Shown: one piece after another, positions 1-12,710 of the stretch
Layout of the letters: every line of letters starts with the position of its first letter
How positions within the stretch are numbered: position 1 is the stretch's first letter
Source of the DNA: Mobula birostris
Taxonomy: Eukaryota
Assembly (NCBI RefSeq): GCF_030028105.1
Contig: NC_092380.1
Location: 83,945,717-84,009,716 of the forward strand
Direction of reading: 5' to 3'
Length of the DNA: 64,000 bases
Made by a program: the position numbers and the translations under genes
The notes under the pieces: generated by a model
The model's database searches: none
The model's input: the letters and a program-made list of their open reading frames with translations, nothing else
What the model was told of the DNA's origin: nothing

Positions 1-87
1 AGAAGGGATCCGTATGCTCCACGACCACTGGACTAAGTGTGTACACGTAGGGGCGGGGCGGGGGGTGACTATGTTCAAGAATAAATG

Positions 88-175
88 TAACACACATCAA
101 AGTTGCTGGTGAACGCAGCAGGCCAGGTAGCATCTCTAGGAAGAGGTACAGTTGACGTTTTTCAGGCCGAGACTC
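88..175 (-). mobile_element. Penelope-like element terminal-repeat fragment, truncated inside the hammerhead motif
   Basis: Near-identical to 45123-45210. Minus strand reads GAGTCTCGGCCTGAAAAACGTCAACTG; the CTGANGA box is missing. Confidence 0.75.
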
Positions 176-633
176 TCTTGATTGTCAAAAATAAATGTAC
201 TAGGTTTTCTAAAATTGATTCCTTCTACCTTAGGTCACAAATTTATCAATCACCCCTTAAGTACAGAGATTAATTATAAGTTATATATTTCATTCCATTT
301 AATTTGATCATCTTGAATTGCCCCCTCCCCAACCAGAATCTGCTGCCTGGAGTGCCTGGTCTTCACTCCATACCCAAGAAGCTTCCCAGTAATGGAGCAG
401 AGCCCAACTGGCAAGGAGCTTTTAGGAGGTGGATTCTCGAACTCCAGGAATGATTTTTGATTTCTTGTGTCTGTGGATTATTTCCAAATGCTTCCAATAG
501 TCATAAACATTAAAATTATCCAAATAGATTTAACTCATTACAAAAGATAAAAATGTAACAAATAATCTAAAACCTACATAGATTATTATATGAAGATAAG
601 GTAAAACAAATAGAGGACTTACTTGAATTAATA

Positions 634-762
634 AACACAAGAGGTTCTGAAGATGCTGGATATCCAGAACAATGCATACAAAATGCTGAGGGAATTCAGC
701 AGGTTAGACCATAGAAATGAATAAATAGTTACAGTTTTGGGCCAAGGCCCTTCATCAGGACT
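634..762 (-). mobile_element. Penelope-like terminal-repeat fragment with degenerate hammerhead motif (726-762)
   Basis: Minus strand AGTC-CTGATGA-AGGGCCTTGGCCC-AAAA, followed by the shared CCTGCTGA..CAGCATTTTG..CCAGCATCT tail. Confidence 0.75.
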
Positions 763-1454
763 TGCATTTCCTCTTTTACTCTGGCTTGTGAAATTTTGCT
801 GAGCAGTGGATTTTTTTCAGGTGACTATTTACATAATTATTTATCTGATTATTTAAAGTGTAATGCCGTTCAAATTTATGGGGTTACTCTTCTTCTATCA
901 GACATCCTTGATGCACTCAGTCGTCCTCACTTCAGTACAACTGTGCTGCAAACAGCTTCTAGAAGAGATTGTCATTGAAACCAATAGCGTAAGTGGTTCT
1001 AAACGTTCCTTAAGACATTTTAAGGAGGTATGGGATTGAAAGTAGTTAAGATTATATTGATTCATGGAAAGGCTATTTTCTTTCCTAAACATTTCTATGT
1101 TTAGTGTTCTTGTACTATTTTATATCTTGACTAAAAGCTTCTGAAGCCACATCAGTGGCAGCTTTAAATTAGAGTCAGTAATAAAGAGTTGGGAATAGTT
1201 GTAAACTACCATTGTAATTAATAAAGCTTATACTGTTATTTGTTTGCACATACCAGTGAGGACAATAAAATCTGAGTTGTGGATTTTTCTTCTGGTGACC
1301 ATTTAACAACATAATGATTTACCTAATTATTTAAAGCCAATGATGGAACTGGATGGACAAAAGTTAAGCATGCATTAACTACTTTATTAATTGATTTGGG
1401 AAATAGAATGAACAAGTTAAATAGTTCAGTTAATTAAATAAAACTTGTCAATAT

Positions 1455-1735
1455 TGTGGTAATGGTAGTGCAGTGGTTAGCGCAATACCATTACAGCTCA
1501 GAATGTACCAGAGTTCAGAGTTCAATTCTGGTGGCATTCTATAGGGAGTCTCTGTATGTCCTCCCCATGGAATGTGTAAGTCCAGCAGTTTCTTCCCACA
1601 GTCCAAAGATGTACCAGATATGTCAACTAGTCATTGTAAATTGTCTTGTGATTAGGTCTAGTTTAATCATTGGGACAGTGTGACTTGAAGAGGTGTATAG
1701 GCCTACATTGCGTAATATCACTAAATAAAATAATG
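1455..1735 (+). mobile_element. tRNA-derived V-SINE (HE1-like)
   Basis: A-box/B-box-like head (TAGTGCAGTGG...GAGTTCAATTC) and V-domain-like TTTCTTCCCACAGTCCAAAGA; related copies elsewhere in the window. Confidence 0.7.
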
Positions 1736-2329
1736 TGAAGGCCTATATTGAACCAGCAGATATCGGAATATTGGATCACAATGAGGGTAATAAGGCAGCC
1801 GTGGAACGATAGGCCATTGATCCAATCTCTGTCACCAATTAAAATCAAGGATGGAATAGAAAATAGAAGATAGGTTGAAGATTTAAATTAGACACATTAA
1901 AATGCCAGTAAAAATGGATCAATGGATTAATGAAAAAGTAAGAACAGAATTAAAACACATCTAGGAACATTTACTACCAACAAGCAAAACTACTGCCTTT
2001 CTAGGTCTCTCAGCTTGAGTGCACATCAGGACCATGAACCATAATATTAGCAGTATCCTTTAGCTGAAGAATGGCCTTCATTTTCTGTAGTGTGCTTGAT
2101 TTGTATTTATTGTACAAAACCAGCAATTTCTTGAAACCAACAGGGAAGTCAAGCATGAATTTTAACAGTAAAGAACACAGGTTGTCCAGAAATGTGAGTT
2201 GACTCATAATTCATCACCTGTCTCTATCTTGCCGCAAACTACTGCACTTTGTTGGTAATTGTAAATATGGTAAATTTTTCATTAATTTTCTTGTTTTGCA
2301 GATAATGAAGAAACCCATGCCCTCTATAT

Positions 2330-2660
2330 TTCAAGACGTGGATAACATTCGAGCATTGGATGATATGTATAACATTCACTAAACTGCTTCTTGGCAAAGT
2401 CCGTCTCCACTGATGGGGATTATTTCCTCTTGAGCTGCAACAAGGGAATTCCAGTGTCAGCCTCTTGCTGTCATAATTGACCAGTAATTTAATTTGGCCA
2501 GGCATACATATGCTGGAAAGGAATGGATAAGAGGGTTACATGTGGCAAATAACTCACCTTCTGATACTTGGAACATTTGTTCCACCATAACAAATGTGCT
2601 GGGGTATTATCTGTTGGTCTGGATAGTTGCAGCTCCAACAACAGTCAACAAATGCAAGGA
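2330..2660 (+). mobile_element. Ancient CR1-group LINE RT C-terminal fragment
   Basis: Broken frames resemble QDxDNI, VIIDQ and WIVAAPTTV motifs of CR1/L2-group RT; related to 10230-11350. Confidence 0.45.
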
Positions 2661-2679
2661 GGAGAATACAAATGAATAG

Positions 2680-3010
2680 AGACAAGTCAAGTGAAAGGTT
2701 GAATAGACGGTAAAAGCAACACAACGAGGAAAATTGTGAGATTATCCACTCTGGTGCACAAAACAATAAAATAACATTTTAAATGTGGTGAGAGATTGAA
2801 AACTGCTGAAAGTCAAAGAGACCCAGATTTCCTTGTATGCCAGCAAATTGTAAGGCAAATGATATGTTGACCTGTGTTATGTGATGATATGAGTTCAGGA
2901 ATAAAAATGCCTTACTATAGTTGTATATGGCCCCAGAGAAACTGAAACTATATTATCGTATGTAAATTTGATCTTCTTACCAAACAAAGGGGTTGGAGAG
3001 TTTGAGATAT
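2680..3010 (+). mobile_element. Old CR1 LINE fragment
   Basis: Degenerate CEIIHSG and downstream CR1 RT region; appears to resume near 3556 after a younger insertion. Confidence 0.55.
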
Positions 3011-3014
3011 GAGG

Positions 3015-3555
3015 ATATAGAACATAGACGGTAGAACAGTACAGTACAGAAACAGGCCCTTCGGCCCACAGTGTTGTGTCAAACCAATGAAATTAGTAAT
3101 CAAATGGTTAACTGAATTATTCTCTTCTGTCTACACAATGTCCATCCATTTTCCTCATACTCATGCATCTGTCTAAAAGTCTCTTTGAAGTCTCTAATGT
3201 TTCAGCCTCTACCACCACCCCAGGCAGCACATTCCAGGCACCCACCACTCTCTGTGTAAAAAACCTTTCTCCTCACATCTTCTTTGAAATGATCCCCTCA
3301 CATCTAAAATGCATGGACTCTGATAATAGACCTTTGAACCTTTGGAGAAAGATATTGTCTGTCTGCTCCAGCTATGCGGCTCATAACTTTATAAACCTAT
3401 ATCAGATCTCCTTTTAGCGTCCATTGTTCCAGAGAAAACAACCCAAGTTTGTCCAACTTCTTATTATAGCACATGCCCTCTAATCCAGGCAACATCTTGG
3501 TAGGCCTCTTCTGCATCCTCTACAAAGCCTCAACATCTTTCCTGCAATGGGGTGA
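3015..3555 (-). mobile_element. CR1 LINE 3' end
   Basis: Minus strand encodes FFTQRVVGAWN; CR1 3' UTR GGGCCGAAGGGCCTGTTTCTGTACTGTA. Confidence 0.85.
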
Positions 3556-3799
3556 ATATGAAAAAACTGAATAGATTAGATCTGTATTTTCAAGACTTTA
3601 GAAGAATGAATGGTGATTCCAAAGAAGCTTTTGGAAACTAGTTAATAATCTCATTGCTGAAGAACGGAATCTTATTAATTAAATAATCTGGAATTGAATA
3701 AAGAAATAGTTTTAGTAGCAATGATTATTAACAATAGGATTTTAGTGAACAGCACATAAATCCCAATCCTCATCTCCAGCAGCACATTTGGCCCATATT

Positions 3800-4490
3800 C
3801 CCTCCTCTAGCTAGGGATGTGGAGCTAATCCTCAGAATTAAAGGGAACCCACAGTGACAATGCTCTAGAATCACACAAACCACAGTATGCAGATGATGCT
3901 TGTGTGTGTGCACATGCAGGGGCTGAACAAAAAGCTATTATTGACTCACTTACCAAATGACAAACCACAGACAAAGATCATCTACCAGTTTACCCCTGCT
4001 GCTCCATATTATCCTTCTATGATAAAGGTTCACAGCAAGACCCTATAAAATATGGATCACTTCCCATATCTTGGGAGGCACTTATTTGTGAAGGGAGTTA
4101 TTGATGATATAGATTGACCATCTCTCTCAATGTACCACCATGCCTTTTGGCTATTTGTAGAAAAGAGTATTTGAAACTGACAACTTCAGACCTGGGACAA
4201 ATCTAATGGTAAGCTGGTACCCGGTGATTCCTGACCTTCCTTATATGACTGACATCTGGAATATCTGCAACAGGCACCACAACGTAATTATAATCTATTA
4301 CCAATGCTGTCTCTGTAAAATCATCCAAATTCACCCAAATGAGATGTGAACAAGTATAAGCATCCTCCTTCAGGCTAACAGCCCCAACACTGAGACTCCT
4401 AGCTGTTCTCAGTTAGCTATGTTAGGTAAGTCATGTTGTCTGCACATCTGACAATTTTGAAACAGATTCTTTATTTTGAGCTTGGCATTT
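3800..4490 (+). mobile_element. Degenerate RTE-clade LINE RT fragment; resumes at about 5571-5660
   Basis: CAGTATGCAGATGATGCT (QYADDA), FPYLG and AFGxLxKRVF-like motifs; split by the Rex/Babar insertion. Confidence 0.6.
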
Positions 4491-5570
4491 AATATGTCAT
4501 CCCTCAGAAGCTGGTGGGTAAACTGTTCTAGTTGGGTCTCAACACTACACTCTGCAAATGAATCCTGGACCTCTTGACAGAAAGGCCACAGTCAGTGCGC
4601 ATTGCCGGAAACATCTCTAGCTCTATCACGCTGAGGACCAGTACCCCTCAGGGCTGCATGATCAACCCACTGTTGCTAGATCCAGTTCAAACTAATGACA
4701 ATGACAATGAGATGGCATACAGAGAGGAGGTAGGGCAAGCACAACAATTTGAGTCTCAAGATGGACAAGACCAAAGAGATGATTGTGGACTTTAGATAGG
4801 TGCAGGCTGACCACTTCTCACTGCACAGACACAGCTCATCTATGGAGAGATTAAGAAGCACCAAGTTTCTAAGGGTGCACATAATGGATGATCTCACATG
4901 GTCCCTCAACACCACCTCTTTGCTCAAGAATGCTCAGCAGCATCTCCACTTCCTGAGGATATTGAATTGAGTGAAGTCCTCTCCCACCATTCTAACCAAT
5001 TTTTACAGGAACGGAACATTGTTGAGAGTGTTCTGACCAACAGCATTACCATCTGGTATGGGAATTCTAAGGCATCTGACCACATTTCCCTGCAAAGTTT
5101 TGTGAGAATTGATAAGAGAATCATCAGAGTCTCTGTTCCATCCATTAGAGATATTTATCAGGAGCTCTGCATAGACAGGGCCCTAGGGATTGACAATGAT
5201 CCTTCCCATCCACCCAACAATCTCTCTGACCCCCTACCTACCACCAGGCAGAAGGTATAGCAGCATTACAACAAAAACTGTGAGGATGCGAAACAGCTTC
5301 ATCCTTCAGGCTGTAAAACTAATGAATTCCCTGCCACCACCCACATCTCATCATGTATGAGATGCCAATAGTGATATGCTGTTTACTTTTTAACTTGCGT
5401 CATAAATGCACCTCATTATTTGTTAATTTACTAGTTGTAATATTATTTGTGTTATGAGTTATGCATTGTGAGTTATATGTACTGTGTTGAGCACCTTGGT
5501 CCAGAGAAATGTTTTTTCGTTTGACGACATACATTTGTACAGTTGAATGACAATAAACTTGAACTTGAAC
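4491..5570 (+). mobile_element. Rex1/Babar-like LINE, 5'-truncated
   Basis: ORF fragments TERPQSVRI..SSSITLRTSTPQGC and ESVLTNSITIWYGN; 3' tail AATAAACTTGAACTTGAAC. Confidence 0.8.
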
Positions 5571-5677
5571 TTTGTCAAGAGAAGAGATTACCTGGTGGAG
5601 AGGGAATAATACTTAAGGACGCTCAAATCTTCCCTTGAAGAACCGTAGTATTTTCTCTAACTCCTGGGTTTCTCTAA

Positions 5678-5853
5678 GCTGGCTGGTGGCTTAGTGGCAT
5701 CAGCACTGGACTTTGGAGCAAAGGTTCCCAAGTTCGAATCCAGCTGGCTTAGCAACTCAGCCTCGTAAAAATAAGAAAGCCTGCTTAAAAAATGCCGTCA
5801 CGATGGCATCCCAATGACTCCACTCGGAGTTAAGGGCGTTCTTCTTCTTCTTC
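5678..5853 (+). mobile_element. tRNA-derived SINE with (TTC)n tail
   Basis: A box TGGCTTAGTGG, B box GTTCGAATCC, ends in TTCTTCTTCTTCTTC; related copy at 18260-18410 (-). Confidence 0.7.
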
Positions 5854-7199
5854 CTGGGTATCTCTGGCCCACTATTGCTCAAAATGGAGAAGCAACATTG
5901 GGGTGGTACTGAGAAACTTGAAGTAATGATAGTTGGGATAGTCAAGAAAGTTTCTGCCAGTAAGCAACTTCTGTATAAAATTTGAGGTGGCTATATTAAG
6001 TAATGACTTCAGCAGATTGCATGAGGAGATGATGTGCATTTATATTAATTGTTTCTGAATCCTTTTACAACTTTGAAAAATAAATTTAAAGTAAACATTT
6101 AACTTGTTAATAAATATGTGTCATCAGCATGGAATGTAATATACTTTCTTACAGCATATTAGCCATGAAGAGTTATTTTTAATATTACAAAAGTAATTAT
6201 TTTAACCTTTTTTAAAATGTTACAGAAATATGAATGTATGTTTAAGAGGTTGTGAGGCATAAACAGTCTTTTATCTATAATATGTAGGTGTAAAAGCATT
6301 CTGTAAATTTGGAAAGGTGGAGTAATCAGAGATTATCTGATGTGGGAGTTTCTATATAAATATAAGTATTATTATAAGATAGCTACTAGCAAATGTTTAG
6401 TTAGTTTAATACCTAATTGACTTATATTAATCTTGTAGACACATCAACTACATGGGAAATTAAATGATTTAATAAGCAAATATTAATACATACATTTACA
6501 TGCATATCATTCTTCACTTTATAATTTTTCAAAGTTTATTGGCTGAAACTTAGTTTCAAATAAATTGTATGTTTAAGTTAAAAATCAAGTCACTGCTCAA
6601 TATGCAGTATGTAAGTATAAATCATCGAGGCATACTCTGCTGTGATATAACATTAAGGGTTACTCCAGGAGGAAATTTCAAATGATTTCCAGATCTTAAA
6701 CCAAAGCTTCAACCAGAGCTGTAATCAAATTAGAAGTATATGTCACTGTTAATCATTTTTAAGATCTATATAAATTTATTGCCTGTAAATGGTCTTTATG
6801 AGGCAGCTGTAGTTTCTTTTCTTTAAATTAAAATACTAAATAACACTATAATTTGCATTCAATTCAAGAGGTCGTTGAACAAAGAAAATATATATTGTTA
6901 ATTTTGAGAACGCTGAGGTAAATTTTTCATGTGGTAGTATGTTTGGACATTTTACTGATTCACTGGTTGTCAGCAAAATACTCATAAATGAATTACTTCT
7001 TTCAGTTAAAGCTTTTCACTTTCCAGGTTTATTATCTTTGAAACCCGGCATAGAAGTTCCATTAAAGTTTAGAAACCATGTGAGCCAGGAGACCATTCAA
7101 TTAAAGCAGGCCATTTTGTAATGACTGGCCACTGAAAAGGCCAGTCATTATGGTTTGCAAGCAAAGGACAGAGCTGTCCTGCTATTTTTGTTCATTGTG

Positions 7200-10100
7200 A
7201 GTGCTGCCATTTGAGCCTGGCTTGAAAACATTATTAGTGAAAGGCTATAGCGTGTGTTATGAGAAAGAGTTTTTGCTTCAGGAATAATCAAGGGTCTGAG
7301 AGTAAATTGTGACCAAAATAACGAGTGGCCAAGCTTGGAGCTGAAGCCCCAAGCACTGCCGCAGGCTTTGCATAATGTAATTAGACTGAGGGGTTGATCG
7401 AGAGGACCTACAGAGAGGTAGTTACACCCAAGGTGCAGGACACAGGTAACAGTATGACCATCAGAGGGAGGAAAGGGGATAGACAGCCAGTGCATCGTGC
7501 CCCCGTGGCTTCTCCCCTCAACAACAGGTTTACTGCTTTGGATACTGTTGGGGGGGGGGATTTCTCAGCAGAAGAAAGCCACAGTGATCAGATCTCTGGC
7601 ACTAAGTCTAGCTTAATGGCTCAGAAGGGAAAATGAGAGAAGAAGTAAGCTGTAGTGATAGGGGGTTCATTGGCTAAGTGAACAGACAGGAGATTCTGTG
7701 GATGAGGATGAAGTTCATATTAGTATGTTGCCTCCCAGGTGCCAGAGTCAAGGACGTCTTAATCAGTGAGACTTGGTTGCAGAAGGGGCAGACTGTGGAC
7801 TGGCAGCTCAATGTCCCAGGGTTCCACTGTTTTAGGTGTGATAAAGCGGGAGGAGTTAAAGGCAGAGAGGTAGCATTACTGGCCAGGGTAAGTGTCACGA
7901 CAATTCTCAGTCAGGAGAGACTGGAGAGCTCATCTTGAATGACGTAATGGGTAGAACTAAGGAATAACAAAGATATGACCATGTTACTGGAATTATATTA
8001 TGAACGCCACAACGGTTTGCAGGATTTAGAAGAGCAAATTTGTAGAGAGTTTGCAGACTCTTGCCAAAAAGGTAATGTGATAGTAGATGATTTTATATTT
8101 CCGAATATTGGCTCTTACTCCCATACTGTAAAAGGACTAGGTGGGAAAGTGTTTGTCAAATGTTTTTCAGCAAAGTTGTCGTAATCAGTACATAGAAGTC
8201 CCAACTAGAGAGAGGGTGATTCCAGATCTCCTATTAGGGAATGAGACAGGGTATGTGACAGAAGTTTGGAGAATACCTTACATCTAGTGATCATAATACG
8301 ATCAGTTTCAAAATAATTATGGAAAAGGATAGATCTGGCCCTTGGATTAAGAAACTGAATTGGAGAAAGGCCAGTCTTGATCGCATCAGAAAGGATTCAG
8401 CAAGAGTAGCTTGGGATAGGTTATTTTCTGGCAAAGATGTACTATACTTGGTATGTGGGAGGTCTTTAAAGATGAAACTTTGTGAGTATAAAGATAGTAT
8501 GTTCAGAATAAAAGGCAAGGATAACAGGTTTATAAAACCTTGTTTTTTGAGAAATACTCAGGCCCTGGTTAAGTAAAGGAGTTGCATAGCAGGTATAGGA
8601 AGGTAGAAGCAACTGAGGTATTTGAGGCATATAAGAAATGCAAGAGAACCCCTAAGAAGGAAGTCAAGAAAGAATAAAGAAGACATGAGGTTACTCTAGC
8701 AGAGACATTTTGAGGAGAATCTCAAGGGCTTCTGCAGATATATTAAGAGCAAAAGCATAACAGGGGGCAAAACTGGCCCTCTGGAAAATGAGTGTAGCCA
8801 CTTATGCATGGATCTGAAAGAGATGGGGGATATCTAAGATGGATTTTTTACATCTGTATTTACTCAGGAGATGGACACAGAGTCTAGAGAAATGTGGCAT
8901 AGCAACAGCGAGGTCATGAACCCATTGCAGATTACAGAGGAGAAAGTGTTTCTGCCTTCAGACGAATAAGGCTGGATAAGTCTCCAGGGCCTGTCAAGGT
9001 GTTTCCTTGGACCCCCTGGAAGATTAGTAATGAAATTGCAGGAGCCTTAGCAGAGATACTTAAAATGTCCTTAGCAACAGGTGAGGATAGGAAGGTAGAT
9101 AATGCGGTTCCATTGTATAAGGAAGTCTCTAAGAATAAGCCAGCAAATTATAGACTGCTCAGCCTGACATCAGTAGTGGGAAAGTTATTGGAAGGTAGTC
9201 TAAGGGACATGTTATGTAAGTATTTGGATAGACAGCAACTGATTAGGTATAGTCAACACAGCTTTGTATGGGGTAGGTCATGTCTAATAGGTCCTAGAGA
9301 GTTTGTCGAGAAGTTGCCAGGAAAGCTGATGCAGGCAAGGCAGTGGATGTTGTCTAGATGGACTTTAGCAAGGCTTTTGACAAGGTCCTGCATGTGAGGT
9401 TGGTCAAGAAGGTTCAATTGCTTGGCATTCATGATGGGTTACTAAATTGGATTAGACATTGGTTTTGTGGGAGATGCCAGAGAGTGATAGTAGATGGTTG
9501 CCTCCCTGACTGGAGGCTTATGACTAGTAGTGTGCGCAGGAATTGGTGCTGGGTCCATGGTTGTTTGTCATCTATATCAATGATCTGGATGATAATGTGG
9601 TAAACTGGATCAGAAAATTTGAAGGTAACGATTGGATTGGGCGTGTAGTGGACAGTGAGGAAGAATACCGAAACTTGCAGTGTGAACTGAAGCAGCTAGA
9701 ATAATGGGCTGAAAAAAAGCAGATGCAATTTAATGCAGACAAATGTGAGGTGATGCAGTTTGGAAGGATTTACACAGTGAACAGCAGAGCGCTGAGGAGT
9801 GCGGTAGAACAGAGGGTTCTGGGAATAAAGATGCGGCCTAATTTGGAGTATTGTGTGTAGTTTTGGTCACCTGCCTACAGGAAAGATTTCAATAGTTTGT
9901 AAGGGTGCACAGAAGATTTACAAGGATATTGTCAGGACCTTAGGACCTGAGTTACAGGGAAAGGGTGAATAGGTTAGGACCTTATTTCTTAGAGTGTAGG
10001 AGATATTTGATAGTATAAAATATTATGAGAGATATAAATAGGGGAATGCAAGCAGGCTTTTCTACTAAGGTTGGGTGAGACTAGAACTAGAGGTCATGGA

Positions 10101-10210
10101 TTAAGGGTGAAACGAGAAATATTTAAGAGGCAGATTAATAGTTTGGCATGGAATAGATAGGGCAAACAGCCTGTTTCTGTGCTGTAGTATTCTGTGACTC
10201 AATTCTATAA
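7200..10210 (+). mobile_element. Degenerate, internally deleted CR1 LINE (ORF1 remnant plus APE-RT ORF2)
   Basis: PLNNRFTALDTV and VCCLPGARVKDV (ORF1) joined directly to ISETWL (APE); NYRLLSLTSVVGKLLE and MDFSKAFDKV (RT); many stops and frameshifts. Confidence 0.88.
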
Positions 10211-10229
10211 CTTAGTGGATTAGCCAGAA

Positions 10230-11350
10230 CAATCCCCAGCTCTGAAATTCTTCTGAAATGCTGTGATTAATGATAGTGGCGACACCCCTCTGTTTTGTTG
10301 AAGACATTACAGATTTTAATATCCATAACATTCATAAATATTTAAAAACTATTTAAAAATAAGGCAAAAAATACTTGCAGTTGAAGAACAGCATAGCTTT
10401 TCAAACATCTTACATTGACATAAAACCTTGAAAACAAAAAGTTGATGAACTCTAACCATATCCAACTAATTACAGATACATCAGCCTCTGTGAATAATCA
10501 GCAAGGAAATTGAAGGTGTGATTAAATACATCATCAAGAAGTAAGTATGCATGGTAACTTATGAATGTTCCTTGTTTCCAGACAAGAATGGGGAAAAATG
10601 GAATGGGTTTCCATTGCTGAATGAGAGCAATTTGCAGTAAGATAGAAGTGGAGTTTGATTGAATGATGCATCAAATAAAATGGATACTAAAATGGATGTC
10701 AGTGAATTGCAAAGGGAGAACATTGCCCTGGTTGTAGAAATATCATGAATAATGGAAAACAGTTTTGGTAATTGAAAGTCAGCTATCATGACCTCATATT
10801 AAACGTGCAGGCATTTCTCCACAATATCTTGGGCCCAGCTATCTTCAATTTCTTCACAGAAACCTTCCCACTATCATAATATATAAAGTAGTAATGATTT
10901 CTAAAAATTGTTTGATTTTCAGTTTTATTCACAAATCTATACATCTGTGATTGTTAATGCAGTTTGTACCACATGCATCAAGATATAGCTAACACTCAGA
11001 CTGAACATTTGCACCATCAAAATTCCAGGCAAAGGTAATATTGAACGAGAGTTTATCACCTCCCTTACAGTAGGTAGTTACCAGCCTTACTGATACTGAA
11101 TCCTCCACTCAACTGGTCAAATCTTAGTTGGACCAACTGCATGAAAATGATTTTCACAAGTAGATCGGAGGCTTGATACCTGGTAGAAAATGCTTCCTTC
11201 TCTAACATACAATATGTCTTTTTTTAAAAAATTTCATTTCTAAGGCTAAAACCAGAAGTCTGGTAAAATATTCACCATTTTCTTGGTTGAAAGAACTGCC
11301 GCCAAGATTTTTTAAAATGACCCCATCCAAAATAAAGCCAAGTCTTTAGC
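10230..11350 (+). mobile_element. Ancient CR1-group LINE RT remnant; continues at about 12121-12445
   Basis: NYRYISL..IISKEIEGVI and ILGPAIFNFF motifs in broken frames. Confidence 0.55.
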
Positions 11351-11353
11351 ATC

Positions 11354-12120
11354 TTATCTGAATGGTGGCCGATTAGGAAAAGGGGAGGTGCAACGAGACC
11401 TGGGTGTCATTATACACCAGTCATTGAAAGTGGGCATGCAGGTACAGCAGGCGGTGAAAAAGGCGAATGGTATGCTAGCATTTATAGCGAGAGGATTCGA
11501 GTACAGGAGCAGGGAGGTACTACTGCAGTTGTACAAGGCCTTGGTGAGACCACACCTGGAGTACTGTGTGCAGTTTTGGTCCCCTAATCTGAGGAAAGAC
11601 ATCCTTGCCATAGAGGGAGTACAAAGAAGGTTCACCAGATTGATTCCTGGGATGGCAGGACTTTCATATGAAGAAAGACTGGATGAACTGGGCTTGTACT
11701 CGTTGGAATTTAGAAGATTGGGGGGGAATCTGATTGAAACGTATAAAATCCTAAAGGGATTGGACAGGCTAGATGCAGGAAGATTGTTCCTGATGTTGGG
11801 GAAGTCCAGAACAAGGGGTCACAGTTTGAGGATAAAGGGGAAGCCTTTTAGGACCGAGATTAGGAAAAACTTCTTCACTCAGAGAGTGGTGAATCTGTGG
11901 AATTCTCTGCCACAGGAAGCAGTTGAGGCCAGTACATTGGCTATATTTAAGTGGGAGTTAGATATGGCCCTTGTGGCTACGGGGATCAGGGGGTATGGAG
12001 GGAAGGCTGGGGCGGGGTTCTGAGTTGGATGATCAGCCATGATCATAATAAAGGGCGGTGCAGGCTCGAAGGGCCGAATGGCCTACTCCTGCACCTATTT
12101 TCTATGTTTCTATGTTTCTA
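11354..12120 (+). mobile_element. Young CR1 LINE 3' end
   Basis: Open 211-aa ORF2 C-terminus (LVRPHLEYCVQFW...FFTQRVVNLWN); (TTTCTATG)n tail; nearly identical to 31345-32110 in the opposite orientation. Confidence 0.95.
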
Positions 12121-12444
12121 TCTCTTCTCCACATTAAGCTAATTTTAGTCCCCTTTATTAGCACGTTATAGCCACTGTGAGAAGCATTTATAGGAAATAT
12201 AGGAGGATTTTACCAAGATTTCTTAAACAGCTCCTCCTTTATCTATAACCACTAACACTTAGATAGATCGCGGAAACAAGCACTTTAGCATACCATTTAA
12301 ATACCTCTCCAAACCAGACATCATGATTTGTAAATGCATTATTGTTCTTCTCATTACTTGTTTAAAAAATCTTGGAACTTCCCACCTTATAAATCGTGGG
12401 GGTAATTTTACAGACTCCTAAGGCCCACAATATTCACTATCAAG

Positions 12445-12710
12445 GCAGCTAGTGGAGATGCTGCCTCACACTGACACAGTTCAATCCTAACGTCAGGTGC
12501 TTTCAGTGTGAAGTTTTCACTTTTCCCTTCTGCTCCACTTTCCTCACATCCCAAAGAGGTGTAGGTTAATCAACCACTTAAATTGCCCCCTTTTTTTATG
12601 CAAAATGATTGAATCGGGGAGCGGTTGATAAAAGTGTGGGATGAACAAAAAATGTGATTAACATAGGATTTGTGTCAATGGATGGTTCTGTGTTGTATCT
12701 CTCTAAAGCA
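12445..12710 (+). mobile_element. Degenerate V-SINE (HE1-like)
   Basis: GCTGCCTCACA..GTTCAATCCT head; GCTCCACTTTCCTCACATCCCAAAGA..TAAATTGCCCC body. Confidence 0.6.

Noticed and set aside
10502-10540. Exon-like segment ending in GTAAGT
   Set aside because: It translates to IISKEIEGVI, part of an ancient LINE RT.
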